A stretch of 64,000 nucleotides of DNA from Squalus acanthias (Eukaryota). The stretch spans positions 88,412,001 through 88,476,000 of the forward strand of contig CM059426.1 in assembly GCA_030390025.1 (NCBI GenBank), given 5' to 3'. The notes beneath the pieces were generated by a model. The model did not search any database. It had not been told where the DNA came from and saw only the letters and a program-made list of their open reading frames with translations. The position numbers were made by a program, and so were the translations under genes. The first letter of the stretch is position 1. Each line of letters begins with the position of its first letter. Positions 26,386 to 39,373 of this stretch are shown piece after piece.

Positions 26386-27689
26386 TTTCAAATAAAGCTG
26401 TTGGACTATAACCTGGTGTTGTGCGACTTCTCACTTTTATACAGAAGAGAACATAAGAACTAGGAGCAGGAGTAGGCCATTCGGCCTTCTGAGCCTGCTC
26501 CACCATTCAATAAGATTATGGCTGATCTTCCACTTCAACTCCACTTTCCCGCTGCATTCACTGACAAACAAAATAATGCAACAGAAATTAAAGACAAGAT
26601 TTTAGATTTTACAGGGGAAGCAGCACCAAAAATTTATATTTTCACATAATTTAAACAAATATTTTTTTTAAATTTCAAATCCCATTCCATTAAGTAGAAT
26701 TGTACAAAAGCTCAAAGTAAATGGGAGTTTTATTGGCACTACTGTAATATGTTTTCATTTACTTTGTTTATGCGCCAACCAGATTTGACCAAAACAATTA
26801 AAAATATTGGAAATAGACGACAGGTTGATCAGTACCCGAAATAGAAAGATAGGTAACTTCTTCCTGTCGTTTTCCCTTCTTTATTCTCTTGGATATGTCC
26901 TGACTTGTTCCATAAGATGGGCTCTTTAGCCTGACCATGCCAGTTCTGATGAAAGGTCACACCCAGGACATGAACCTATGCTCAGTGACCTGCTGTGCAC
27001 TTTCATTATTTTATGTTCTTTTTTCAGATTTCCCACCTTAGCAGTTTTATTTTTGCCGCTACTTGGATACTACGATGGATCTGCTTTAATCTGAGTGGAT
27101 GTGCTTTTCAAGCAACTTTTAAAATTACATGTCACAGGATATTGAATCACAACAGTATTACAGAAAGAGGTAGTTTTTTTTAATAGAAGTTTTGCATTGC
27201 TAACCTGGAGTTATGTCAGAGCCAGGAACAAGGTAAAACGTCTACGAAACTAATGGCAACTCACTTCTATAGCGGAGATTTTATACTTAAAACAGGTTTA
27301 AAACACCCTTTTGGGTAGCTGCACAATGCCGCTAAGTGTTCGAATATGAAGCTGTGCCCGCAATTCTCATATTCTGCATTCCAAATCAGGGCATGAGGCT
27401 TAATACCAAGCAGATGGCAGACACTTTCCATGGGGAGGGAGCGAGGAAAGGAAACAAAAAAATTGGAGACTCACATTGATGTCAGTTTAAAAAAAAGTAC
27501 TGCCAAAGGCCAAGCACCAAGTCATGTGCTGTTTCAGCCAGAAAATAGTGCATTGCAGGTAAAAACGAAAGAACTTGCACTTATATAGCACCTTTGATGT
27601 CCTCAGGATGCTTTACAACTAATGAAGTCATTTTGAAATATAGGCAAACGCAACAGCCAATTTGTGCAGGGAGACAATAAATGCATAAT

Positions 27690-28926
27690 GGCCCGGAATT
27701 TGTGGTGAGTAATAACAGCAAACGAACAGCGTTTGCTCTTATTACCCCTTTGAAACTGACCGCAACTTCAGGATGAAGTGCATTTGCATCCTAACGCGGA
27801 AATCCTGAAGTTGTGGTCAGTCATTCACTGCTCTGACACTGGCTGCACTGTGGCCACCGCACCCCCGCTCCCCACAACCGGTAATCAGTGTAATCTGTCA
27901 AATCAGGGAAACTGACGAAAACCTTGGCTCTTCTGCAGTAATATTGCTGTTAAATACCCCATTAAAAGTTAGACACTTTTGGATTGGGTGTAACTGGGGT
28001 TTTAACAGCGGATTGACTGCTAAACAAACGTTATGATCTTGTAAAACTAATTTAAATTTTGTGGAGTGTCAAATTTATCCATTTTAATAAAAATTAAAAT
28101 TTTTAAGAAACTTCCTTTATTTCAGGTTTACCTTTCCCCATGTGAGGGCTCCAATTTTGTTTTGCCCACTATAACATTTTTAAAAAGTTAGAATCAAAGG
28201 ACCTTACTAACTTCCTGGTTCTCAGTCTGTGAGAATTCTGCTTTGTGATTGGCTGCTTAGACAGATTGTTCACGTCACAGCAGCTTGCGTTAGAGATTCA
28301 TAGGAACAGGAGTAGGCCATTCAGCCCCTCGAGCCTGTTCCGCCATTCAATGAGATCATGGCTGATCTGCGACCTAACTCCATACACCCACCTTTGGCCC
28401 GTATCCCTTAATACCTTTGGTTAACAAAAAGCTATCAATCTCTGATTTAAAATTAATAATGGATTTAGCATCAATTGCCGTTTGTGGAAGAGAGTTCCAA
28501 ACTTCTACCACCCTTTGTGTGTAGAAGTGTTTCCTAATTTCACTCCTGAAAGGTCTGGCTCTAATTTTAGACTATGCCCCCTAGTCCTAGAATCCCCAAC
28601 CAGCGGAAATAGTTTCTCTCTAACTACACTATCTGTTCCCCTTCATATCTTGAAAACTTCGATCAGATCACCTCTTAACTCTTCTAAATTCCAGGGAATA
28701 CAACCCTAATTTGTGGAATCTCGCCTCGTAACTTAACCCTTGAAGTCCGGGGATCATTTTGGTAGTCCGGGGATCATTCTGGCGCCCCACTAACTTACGC
28801 TGATTTCAATTGCACGTTGGAAAAGCTGAAATTCTCGCCACAGAGCTCACGAGATCTTTGTGGGAAGCTTAATTCGGGGCCAGCGAAGAACGCCTTTGCT
28901 TTGCCGCTGACCGCAAATTCCAGGCC
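27690..28926. mobile_element. Harbinger-like MITE containing a nested antisense CR1 3' fragment (~28299-28780)
   Basis: TIRs GGCCCGGAATTTG / CAAATTCCAGGCC; TSD AAT on both sides. Confidence 0.8.
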
Positions 28927-29080
28927 AATAGGAAAGAAGATTTTAAAAATAAATACTTATGTGGATGTATAAAAAATACCACCAAGTCATCAGATCACAA
29001 TTATATCTGGTGTTACAATGTAATAAGTACAACAGTGTTTATCAGAATACATACTATAATGTTATGATCTTACAAAACTC

Positions 29081-32000
29081 TTTTTTTTTATTAGTTCATG
29101 GGATGTGGGCGTCGCTGGCAAGGCCAGCATTTATTGCCCATCCCTAATTGCCCTTGAGAAGGTGGTGGTGAGCCGCCTTCTTGAACTGCTGCAGTCCGTT
29201 TGGTGAATGTACTCCTACAGTGCTGTTAGGGAGGGAGTTCCAGGATTTTGACCCAGTGACGATGAAGGAACGGCGATATACTTCCAAGTCAGAATTGTGT
29301 GTGACTTGGAGGGGAACTTGGAGATGGTGGTGTTCCTATGTGCCTGCTGCCCTTGTCCTTCTAGGTGGAAGAGGTTGCGGGTTTGGGAGATACTGCCGAA
29401 AAAGCCTTGGCGAGTTGCTGCAGTGCATCTTGTAGATGGTACACACTGCAGCCACGGTACACCGGTGGTGGAGGGAGTGAATGTTTAAGGTGGTGGATGG
29501 GGTGCCAATCAAGCGGGCTGCTTTGTCCTGGATGGTTTGGAGCTTCTCGAGTGTTGTTGGAGCTGTACTCATCCAGGCAAGTGGAGAGTATTCCATCACA
29601 CTTCTGACTTGTGCCTTGTAGATGGTGGAAAGGCTTTGGGGAGTCAGGAGGTGAGACACACGCCACAGAATACCCAGCCTCTGACCTGCTCTTGTTGCCA
29701 CAGTATTTATGTGGTTGGTCCAGTTAGGCTTCTGGTCAAAGGTGACCCCCAGGATGTTGATGGTGGGGGATTCGGCGATGGTAATGCCATTGAATGTCAA
29801 GGGGCGGTGGTTAGACTCTTGCTTGTTGGAGATAGTCATTGCCTGGCACTTGTGTTGCACGAAAGTTACCTGCCACTTATCAGCCCAAGCCTGAATGTCG
29901 TCCAGGTCTTGTTGCATGCGGTCATGGACTGCTTCATTATCTGAGGAGTTGCGAATGGCACTGAACACTGTGCAGTCATCAGCAAACATCCTAATTTCTG
30001 ACCTTATGTTGGAGGGAAGGTCATTGATGAAGCAGCTGAAGATGGTTGGGCCTAGGACACTGCCCTAAGGAACTCCTGCAGCGATGTCCTGGGGCTGTGA
30101 TGATTGACCTCCATCCACCACAACCATCATCCTTTGTGCTAGGTATGACTCCAGCCAGTGGAGCGTTTTCCCCCAATTCCCATTGACCTCAGTTTTACTA
30201 GGGCTCCTTGATGCCACATTCGGTCAAATGCTGCCTTGATGTCAAGGGCAGTCACTCTCACCTCACCTCTGGAATTCAGCTCCTTTGTCCATGTTTGGAC
30301 CAAGGCTGTAATGAGGTCTGGAGCCGAGTGGTCCTGGCGGAAGCCAAACTGGGCATCAGTGAGCAGGTTGTTGGTGAGTAAGTGCCGCTTGATAGCACTG
30401 TCGATGACACCTTCCATCACTTTGCTGATGATTGAGAGTAGACTGATGGGGCGGTAATTGGCCGGATTGGATTTGTCCTACTTTTTGTGGACAGGAAATA
30501 CCTGGGCAGTTCTCCACATTGTCAGATAGATGCCAGTGTTGTAGCTGTACTGGAACATAGAAACATAGAAACTAGGAGCAGGAGTAGGCCATTCGGCCCG
30601 TCGAGCCTGCTCCACCATTCAATACGATCATGGCTGATCATCCAAATCCAGTACCCTGTCCCTGCTTTCTCACACCGAATCCCCACATCGAGCCTGCACC
30701 TATCCCATCCTATCCCCATAACCCCACATATTTAATCCCCCCCTAACACTAAGGGTCAATTTATCATAGCCAAATCAACCTAACCCGCACATTTTTGGAC
30801 CGTGGGAGGAAACCGGAGCACCCGGAGGAAACCCACGCAGACACGGGGAGAATGTGCAAACTCCACACAGACAGTCACCCGAGGTCAGATTCGAACCCGG
30901 GTCCCTGGCGCTGTGAAGCACCAGTGCTAACCACTATGCCACCGTGTTCTGGAGCACAAGTCTTCAGCACGACAGCCAGGATGTTGTCGGGACCCATAGC
31001 CTTTGCTGTATCCAGTGCGCTCAACTGTTTCTTGATATCACGTGGAGTGAATTGAATTGGCTGTAGACTGGCTTCTGTGATGGTGGGGACCTCAGGAGGA
31101 GGCCGATATGGATCATCCATTCAGCACTTCTGGCTGAAGATGGTTGCAAACGCTTCAGCCTTGTCTTTAGCACTCACGTGCTTGGCTCCACCATCATTGA
31201 GGATGGGGATATTCATGGTGCCTCCTCCTCCCGTTAGTTGTTTAATGGTCCACCACCATTCACGACTGGATGTGGCAGGACTGCAGACTTTTATCTGATC
31301 CGTTGATTGTGGGATCGCTTAGCCCTGTCTATAGCATGCTGCTTCCACTTTTTAGCATGCATGTCGTCCTGTGTTGCAACTTCCCCAGGTTGGCACCTCA
31401 TTTTTAGGTACGTCTGGTGCTGCTCCTGGCATGCTCCTCTGCACTCCTTATTGAACCAGGGTTGGTAATGGCAGAGTGAGGGATATGCCAGTCTATGAGG
31501 TTACAGATTGTGGTGGAATATAATTCTGCTGCTGCTGCCCCACAGCGCCTCATGGATGCCCAGCTTTGAGCTGCTCGATCTGTTCTGAATCTATCCCATT
31601 TAGCTGGGACAGGACATACCCAGGGATGGTGATGGAGGAGTTTGGGACATTGCCTGAAAGGTATGATTCTGTGAGTATGACTATGTCAGGCTGTTGCTTG
31701 AGTAATCTGTGGGACAGCTCTCCCAATTTTGGCACAAGTCAGATGTTGGTGAGGAGGACTTTGCAAGGTTGATGTGCCGTTGTCGTGTCCGTAGCTGGTG
31801 CTGGGTGGTCCGTCCAGTTTTATTCTTATTATTGTTTCTTGTAGCGGTCTTATAGCGGTTTGTTCGGCCATTTAAGAGGGCAGTTAAGAGTCAACCACAT
31901 ATAGTCCAGACCGGGTAAGGACGGCAGATTTCCTTCCCTAAACGACATTAGTGAACCAGATGGGTTTTTACAACAATCCGATGGTTTCATGGTCACCATT

Positions 32001-32097
32001 ACTGATACTAGCTTTTTTATTCCTGACTGAATTTAAATTCCCCAGCTGCCGTTACTGAATTACTAGCCCAGTAACATTACCACTATGCTACCATACC
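29081..32097 (-). mobile_element. CR1/L2-group LINE (clade uncertain) with APE and RT remnants, poly(A) end and tRNA-like 5' head
   Basis: APE PKLGELSHRLLKQQPDIVILTESYL (31550-31735); RT QFGFR, LDIKAAFD, FADDC (29336-30420); A-rich 3' end at ~29081-29090; A-box TAGCATAGTGG at 32080-32090. Confidence 0.85.
30554..30946 (-). mobile_element. HE1-type V-SINE (full length) nested in the LINE
   Basis: tRNA head with A-box TGGCATAGTGG and B-box GGTTCGAATC; V-domain GTGGGTTTCCTCCGGGTGCTCCGGTTTCCTCCCAC; CR1-derived tail ending in (TTCTATGT)n. Confidence 0.88.
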
Positions 32098-32820
32098 CTT
32101 TCCCAGTGAATTCAACTAGTTTGGCTGGGTGGGGTTCAAGTAGGAGGAAAAATTTGTTTGGTTGGTTTTTCAGAAGTGTTTTTGTTGGAGGTTTTTAGTG
32201 CATTTCGTTTTGAAATCACAAGGTGACAACATTGAAACTGCTTGTGAATGCCTGAGGAAGGTTTTTCCCCTTGTTCCTCAGTATTACAACAGTGACGATG
32301 CTTCATTGGCTGTCAAGCGCTTTGGACATCCTGAGGTTGTGAAAGGTGCTATATAAATGCAAGTCCTCCTTTCTTTTAGGTGCAGTCCAGTTCCACCGTG
32401 ACCAGCTGCTCTCTGGCGTCCTGTCAACTAGCCATGTGTGAGCTTTGATTGGGAGTGTTGGGAGGCCATTCAAACCATGAGGAGTCTGATCCTGTCCACA
32501 CATGCAGTTCCAGCAAATGTCACTGGATAGCATTCAGGAAAGCCCGACTGATTTTCTCCTTTCTAACCCTGGGGCTTTGAAACCAAGTGTAGCACTCTTA
32601 CAGCTTCCATGATGAGTTAAGTCACCACAGACTTGAGATTGAACCTAGAACCTTTTTGGTCTGTATATTCATGACTCACTGGACAACCTCAGACAGTGGG
32701 GTAGTTAGTCCATGTGCAGATTTAAGTGCCCTTAAAATCTAGCAAATTGTAATAATATCAGTAGATGCCACTGAAATCTGCAAATGAAAGTCAGAAGCCA
32801 TAGACAAGATAGGAACATAC

Positions 32821-33073
32821 CATTTTCTTCATGAAAATACTCAACCCCAGCAATGTTGCACCTGCAGAAGACCATTTTGTTCTCAGTTAGTGTCCCAGTC
32901 TTATCTGAGAAGATGTATTCAATCTGTCCCAGGTCTTCAGTGATGTTCAAGGCCCGGCACTGTATGGTTGAATCTGTGTTTTCATTGTACAAGTCAGTGT
33001 CACTCTGGAGGAGGAGTATTTGGACCAGCTTGACAACTTCAATAGACACATACAAGGAAATTGGGATCAGCAC
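32821..33073 (-). CDS. ATP10D: P4-ATPase exon (TM4 PISL and phosphorylation site DKTGT)
   Basis: [16 protein letters not shown]...[31 protein letters not shown]; canonical splice sites. Confidence 0.96.
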
Positions 33074-34027
33074 CTGAGAAATAAATAGCCAGACTGGTGT
33101 GAACAAAAGCAGGATTTGCACTGAACCAAATTGCTTAGGATAAGTTTCAGTTTGAACAGATGTATTTCTGATGTTATCACTGTACTTTCACGGAATGTAA
33201 AATATGGTTATCCAGCTCCCGATACCGTTGAAATGTTTATGAAACGGCAATACTGAAAATAAAAATTTTATGGAAAATTAAGCACCTTATCTTTTTTTAA
33301 ATCGCCCTTTTAGAACCTCTGTGTTGGGCATCAATTTCCAGTTAAAGGCTGGTTAGCCAGCTCCCAGAGTTCAGCCAATGCAATTTCTGTAAACTCACTG
33401 TAACCTCTCTGCGGGGATGTGCCTTCCTCTCCACTCAATTTGTACCAGATGCTGAAGTGCTCTGTGACTCCGTTTCTCTTTAAGTATCAGACTAGGCATT
33501 CATCACAGACTTGCTGGTTTTTAGAAAGTTTGGCCAACATTAGAATAACATTATGGTATAATTATTGGTTAAAAGAGCTCTTGTGTCTCTCTCAGTGGCT
33601 CAGTTGGTTAACAGCAGTGAGTAGTTGTCCCATACAGAACCAGAAGATCCCAGTTTTAACTCTGGGTCTGCATTGAGTTAGTTGATCTCAGTCAAGGCAG
33701 TATCAGGAGCACTACAATTAAAGAGGAAAATTGGCCTGGGTTCAGCACTACTTTGATCCTTACTCTGAATTTGCCCATATTACACCCAAATATACTCTGG
33801 GCCAAAAGTAGAAAGTGTTCAGTTCCTCAACAATGACATTACTCATCTTGATAAGAACAAAGATTTACCATAAAAGTATAAATTTAAGAATTGTCTTGTT
33901 TGGATTTTCTTCTTTTCTGTTTACGAAGGGATCAAACTTTCAGTGAGGTTAGATTTTAGTGACCTGGATCTCAGTTTCAAAACAATAGTAATCAATATAA
34001 ACTAAGTCATTTGTGCAGTCTCCTTAC

Positions 34028-34155
34028 CTGTAGTAATATGATCATGGTCCAGAACATGTAGAACGCTGCCAAAGCTGGAGGAGTATGTTCTCCATCTGGC
34101 TGTGGGACATTAAAAATAGGGATCTGCGAATAGCCACTTAACCAAATCCCATGAC
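34028..34155 (-). CDS. ATP10D: P4-ATPase exon (exoplasmic loop 2 and start of TM4)
   Basis: HGIWLSGYSQIPIFNVPQPDGEHTPPALAAFYMFWTMIILLQ read manually; AAG acceptor, GTAAGG donor. Confidence 0.93.
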
Positions 34156-34386
34156 CTTATCATAAAAAGAGGCATTAAAGTTAGACATCTAAGAAATTAA
34201 ACGGCATTATTTTCAAACATTACAGAAAACAAAAAGTTACTTGAAGCCATTTATAAAAGGGACTACTATATTCACAATACTTCTTTTGAGAGTCACATAC
34301 AAGCAAAAAATAGGAGTCACAGAATTTTTGTCGGCTCCATAAGATATAAAATTGCAATGCTCTCTCTGCACAAGACTGGTCAATAA

Positions 34387-35026
34387 GATGTAGACATTGC
34401 CCTCGGCGCTAATGGGGCGCAAATCAACTAGCGACTGGGCGCGGCGCCGCTAACGCCGCCCGCGAAATTCAGCGGGAGGTTAGCGGCAGCGCTAACTGTT
34501 AGCGCCGCCAGCGATGACGTCATCGCAGTGCGCAGCGCCCCGCTCGCGGCCCGGCTGTAATATTGGATGGCGCCCCCCGATTTACCACCGGACGCTATGT
34601 CCGCCGGGGTCAGGGGGGCCTACCTGTGGCCAGGCTGGCGCTAATTAAAGGGAAGGTGCCGGGTGGCCATTTTTGTTGCTGGCCGCCTGCCAGCACCTGC
34701 CCCCGTTGCTGTCCACGGCCCCCATGAAGCCCCCCCACAGGGTGCCGGCTGCTCTCCGTGAGCCGCACTCCTTGAGTGCCGGGCTCGTTTGCTGGCACTC
34801 CCGATCCCTGGTGGCCCAGCTGGGTGCCGGGACGCGCTGCGCCAGGCCCCTTCCTTTTAATAAGGGGAGGAAGGCTTGCAGTACCGCAGCGTGACATGTC
34901 GCAGCGCCTCGTAGCGCCGCGATATTGGCTCGCAGCGCCTCAAGAGGGACGCGGGGTGCTTCCAGTGGTGCCCCTCCTCTCTCTCGGGGCGCTAACTTTT
35001 TCAGGGCACTACCCAATTTTTACCCC
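34387..35026. mobile_element. CpG-rich Harbinger-like MITE
   Basis: Abrupt GC/CpG-rich block with repeated GGCGCTAA motifs near both ends; right end CAATTTTTACCCC; left TIR degenerate. Confidence 0.55.
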
Positions 35027-36244
35027 TGTGTATTTTGATACAGGCTGGCATATCATGGAGTAAGACAGAAAATGCTATTGAGAGCCAAGACAAAGTCAAT
35101 TACACAAAGGAGATGCAGACCAGTTTGGAGACCAGTTTCCAGCGGTAGCAATTCTAATTGGGTAACAGTGATCAGAAGACTCTCTCGGTGACTGGTCCAC
35201 AGGCTTTTGCTGTTCACAATATTTATGACAACATTAAGATATTAAAAGTAGCATATCCAGGCTTTCAAACAACATCTAGTTGTCTGGGAAAGCAGGATAT
35301 TTGAAGGATACATCAAAGATCGACAGCAACGTGGCAAATTTACAAATTATTTAATGTTGAGAAATATATGACATTTATGCCAAAAATGGCAAAAGGGTAT
35401 ATTATTAAATAAGGTTTAGCAGGAAAGAAGATTTGAGTATGCTAGCTGACTAGACATTGAATGTTGTGCGGCAGCAATTGCCACAGTAAGTAGAATGCAC
35501 TAGTAGATGCAAGTGTGAGAAGGTTAACAGTAGAGCAATAAGCAGAGCACCACATTTTAAACTAATATTAAGTAAAGCTATGGAACCTAAATCTGTTCTG
35601 ACAAGAGGTGAACATGAGAGGGGGAATGAAGAAAGAAAGAAACAAAGGCAACATTTTAACATAATTAAGAGAATTAGAGTGGTGGATGTGAAAAAGTTTT
35701 TTGTGCTAGAATAAAGACAGAGAAGGTTACGAGTCTGCAAACTAGCTGGCACTTAAAGCTGCTAACCTATATAACAGAAACCCAGTACAAAAAGTACTGC
35801 TATGCATTCTTCGTGTCTTGCTTAATCCTGAGCTAAGCTTCAAAACCACAGCAAGTCCATTACCAGGACTGCCTACTTCCACCTTTGCAACATTATCCAC
35901 CCACATTCCTAACTCACGCCCATCACTGCCAAAATTCTCATTCATGCCTTTTGCTAAATCTAAGCTTGATTTCTGAAATGCTTTCCTCACTGGCTTTCCA
36001 AGTGCTACCTTACATGACCCCCAACTCATCTAGAACTCTGCCTCTCCTGCAATAAGTCCTGCACGCTTATTAGCCCCATCATCTCAGAACTTCACTGGCT
36101 CCCCATTCCCCAACACATCAACTTTAAAATCCTAGTCTTCAGTTTCAAATCCATCCATGGCATTGGTCCAACCTTCCTCTTATCAAATACAATGGAGATT
36201 TCCAAGCTTAAATCTAAGATACTGGATTAGCGTGAAAACAGAGG

Positions 36245-38620
36245 ATTACAGAGGATATACGGCACAGAAACAGGCCATTCGGCCCAACCAGTCCATGCCG
36301 GCGTTTATGCTCCACTTGAGCCTCCTCCAGTCTTTCCTCATCTAACTCTATCAGCATAACCCTCTATTCCCTTCTCCCTCATATGCTTGTCTAGCCTCCC
36401 CTTAAATGCATCTATACCTTTTGCTTCAACCACTCCCTGTGGTAGCGAGTTCCACATTCTCACCACTCTTTGGGTAAAGAAGTTTCTTCTGAATTCCCTA
36501 TTGGATTTCTTGGTGACTATCTTATATTGATGGCCTCTAGTTATGCTCTTCCCCCCAAGTGGAAACATTGGCCGCAATTTTGCCGACCAAGGTGGGTCCA
36601 GGGCGGCCGGGGTTGGTGTCGCGGTCCCAGCCCGCTGCCTACTGCAGCCCGCACTCTCCAAGCGATTTTCCGTTGATTGGGTTTGGTAAGTGAGGTTCCC
36701 GGACAATTAATAGGAAGCGGGTCTGATGATGTCGACACGTCATCAGTCTGTTTCCTTAAAGGGGCCATGTCCAAATTGATCTTGACAGTTCTGCTGTCAA
36801 GTGTTCTGCAGCATTGAGGTGCTGCAAACACTGACAAGCACTGCACAAGGTGCAGGCTGCACCCAGGCTCTCCCATGACTCCCTCCATATGCTTATGGAG
36901 GGAGTCACAGCACGCAGGGAGGTTCTCTTCCTTTCCAATGGGCGGAAGAGACCTCCCCAGGAGATCAACGCAGCCTGGTTGCACATTGTACAGGAGGGCA
37001 GAAGCAGGGATGTTGTCAGGAGGACCAGGCTGCTATGGCGCAAGCCTTTCAATGATCTGAGCAAATCACAAAATGTTACTGCCAAGCCACACTCAACCTC
37101 ATCCTGCTGTGCCACTCATCACATCCAAATCGCTCTGCCTTCCCTACCCTACTACTGCACATCCTTACTCACCAACTTACCTTGCACCTCCACCCATCCC
37201 TATCTATCTACACTATCACTTCCCCATCTCACTAGCCACCCCTCACACTCACCCTGAACCTACTGCAAGCATACGAACTAACACACAAGGGTAGCCACCT
37301 GGGTGGTTTAGCCAATGTTCATGTGAAGTTTCTGTTAATGTGTTGTCAAACATTGAAATCTATATTTTCAACACTTTACCATATGGGACAGATCTGTGCT
37401 CACCTTTGTAAGTGTCTTCGTGAGTTTCAGTGAATGTTGAGACATAACTTCCCCCCAATTGTGATGAGTGTGAAAGGAATAGCTTGGGCATTGCAGGGAT
37501 GCTTTATGGTGATGGTGTGGGGTGGTGTCAACCTGGCGCATCATGTGACAGCCAGGGTGTACAGTGTCAACTGAAGTAAATCTGGCCACGGTGATGCCAT
37601 CCCTGGCCTCCTGGGCAGCAGTGTTGTCGGGTGCTGATGCCCTGTTTCCTGCACAGCATCAGGTGATTGCGGAGAAGGCTGATGTTGTTGTTGGTGCTGC
37701 TGGCGTGCCTGGTGATGTTGGTGCTGGGGCTGATCGTGGAGGGATTCTGAGGACCATGGTGAGATTTTTTCAAGGGCACTGATGTTGCTGGAATAGATGG
37801 CAGCTGAAGTTGAGATGACAGAAGTGATCTGTCAATGGTGAGAGAGCTTGCTCCAAGGAGGTGACAGTGGATAGAGAGTTTACTACAAACACTTCCAAAC
37901 TGCAGACAGCTCAAAAGTGTCTTCCAAGTCCTGAAGGCTCAAGCTTCTGACATTGGAAAGTGAACAGCTGTGAAAAGCAGCTGTCAACTATTCACAGCAA
38001 TGGGGAAACGTAGTGAACCCGACCTACTTACCTGACGTGATCTCCGAACAACGTGAACTCCGTTAAAAAAGTGGGAAAATAGAAATAGGCTGGCAAAATA
38101 GTAGTTAACAAGCATTTAACAAGCTTTTAACTATCTTAAATGCCTCCCCTGCCGCTTGGTGTCGGGTCTATTCTGAAATCGTAGACCTGACACTTTGGAA
38201 ACTTATATGGAGGCAGGTTCGGAGCGGGTTCCCAACCCGCTGTCAATCATTTTGATTTTGACAGCGGACCCGCCTCCAAACCCCAACTCTGAGCACTGGC
38301 AAAATCGCGGCCATTCTCTCTGCATCTACTCTATCAAAACCTTTCATATTTTAAAGACCTCTATTAGGTCACCCCTCAGCCTTCTTTTTTCAAAAGAGAC
38401 CCAGTCTGTTCATCCTTTCCTGATATGTATATCCTCGCATTTCTGGTATCATCCTTATAAATCTTCTCTGCATCCTCTCCAGTGCCTCTATATCCTTTTT
38501 ATAATATGGCGACCAGAACTACACGCAGTACTCCAAGTGTGGTCTAGCCAAGGTTCGATACAGGTTTAGCATAACTTCCCTACTTTTCAATTCTATCCCT
38601 CTAGAAATAAACCCTAGTGC
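36245..38620 (-). mobile_element. CR1 3' fragment split by a Harbinger insertion
   Basis: RRNFFTQRVVRMWNSLP at 36338-36570; reading resumes after 38312 with CR1 C-terminal sequence. Confidence 0.8.
36570..38312. mobile_element. PIF/Harbinger internal-deletion derivative with Myb/SANT relic
   Basis: TIRs GGCCGCAATTTTGCC / GGCAAAATCGCGGCC; TSD ATT; Myb-like APRLSHDSLHMLMEGVTARREVLF...AAW...RKPFNDL at 36850-37065. Confidence 0.85.
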
Positions 38621-39241
38621 AAAACCCTAACAAAAAACATTCTGCTTTAATAAGAAGGCATTCGTCCAAGTGACAGGAAGCAGACTCGACAGTATATCTG
38701 TGTGTATGGATACCTTCACAGCCCTGAGAGAAGAGGAAGCTGAGCTAAGCTCCAGTAAAATGCATTAGCACTACGTAGCAATGAAAAGTTCTTTATTTTT
38801 AAAATGGAGTGTTTGAGCATTTATCAAGCTGGCTCCAGACTACTGGCATTAATTGACTGTATACAGTGAGTGAGCATGTCCTTCTTGTGAGATGCTATAG
38901 AACATTCCCCTATCTACAGGGATTCTTGTATTCCACAGGAACAGATATCTTAATTGAACACAGGAAGTAAAATACTGAAAACACTAAAGCAGTGGCCATT
39001 ATAACTTCAGGTTTCTGACTCATTTCAAAATGGCTGCCTTATGTTTCTAGAATATAAGATGGCATCCTGAGTTGTACTGTTCAAATTACACCACAGACTA
39101 ATTAGCACTTCACACTTCAACAAGGATATATTTTACTGTATTGATAAGGGAGTGTTGCGCAATTTCTCACACAGAAAGATATACTTAATTCATCGTGTAC
39201 AGTCAAGCCAGGCTTCTTTCATTCACATTTTGTCCACTTAC

Positions 39242-39373
39242 CAAGTGCTCCAATCAGGCACATCACCAATAGTAGGACCACACACCAAAGAACATCTGTA
39301 TTAAGCTGCCTTTCTAGTTTGCTGCGTTTGTAACGAGGGCCACTGTTATTCATCATCGCTTTGGTTTCATGCC
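39242..39373 (-). CDS. ATP10D: P4-ATPase exon (GHETK and TM3)
   Basis: [44 protein letters not shown]; canonical splice sites. Confidence 0.95.

Larger units (their letters stand above)
26032..26438 (-). mobile_element. Non-coding palindromic Penelope-like element (inverted pLTR pair plus tail)
   Basis: ~178-bp near-perfect inverted arms (~26071-26248 and ~26259-26438); 39-bp unpaired tail at 26032-26070; 12-bp TSD ATACAGAAGAGA (26020-26031, 26439-26450); terminal module nearly identical to that of the GIY-YIG-bearing copy at 61080-62128. Confidence 0.88.

Noticed and set aside
30875-30946. tRNA gene
   Set aside because: It is the tRNA-derived head of an HE1-type SINE, continuous with the V-domain
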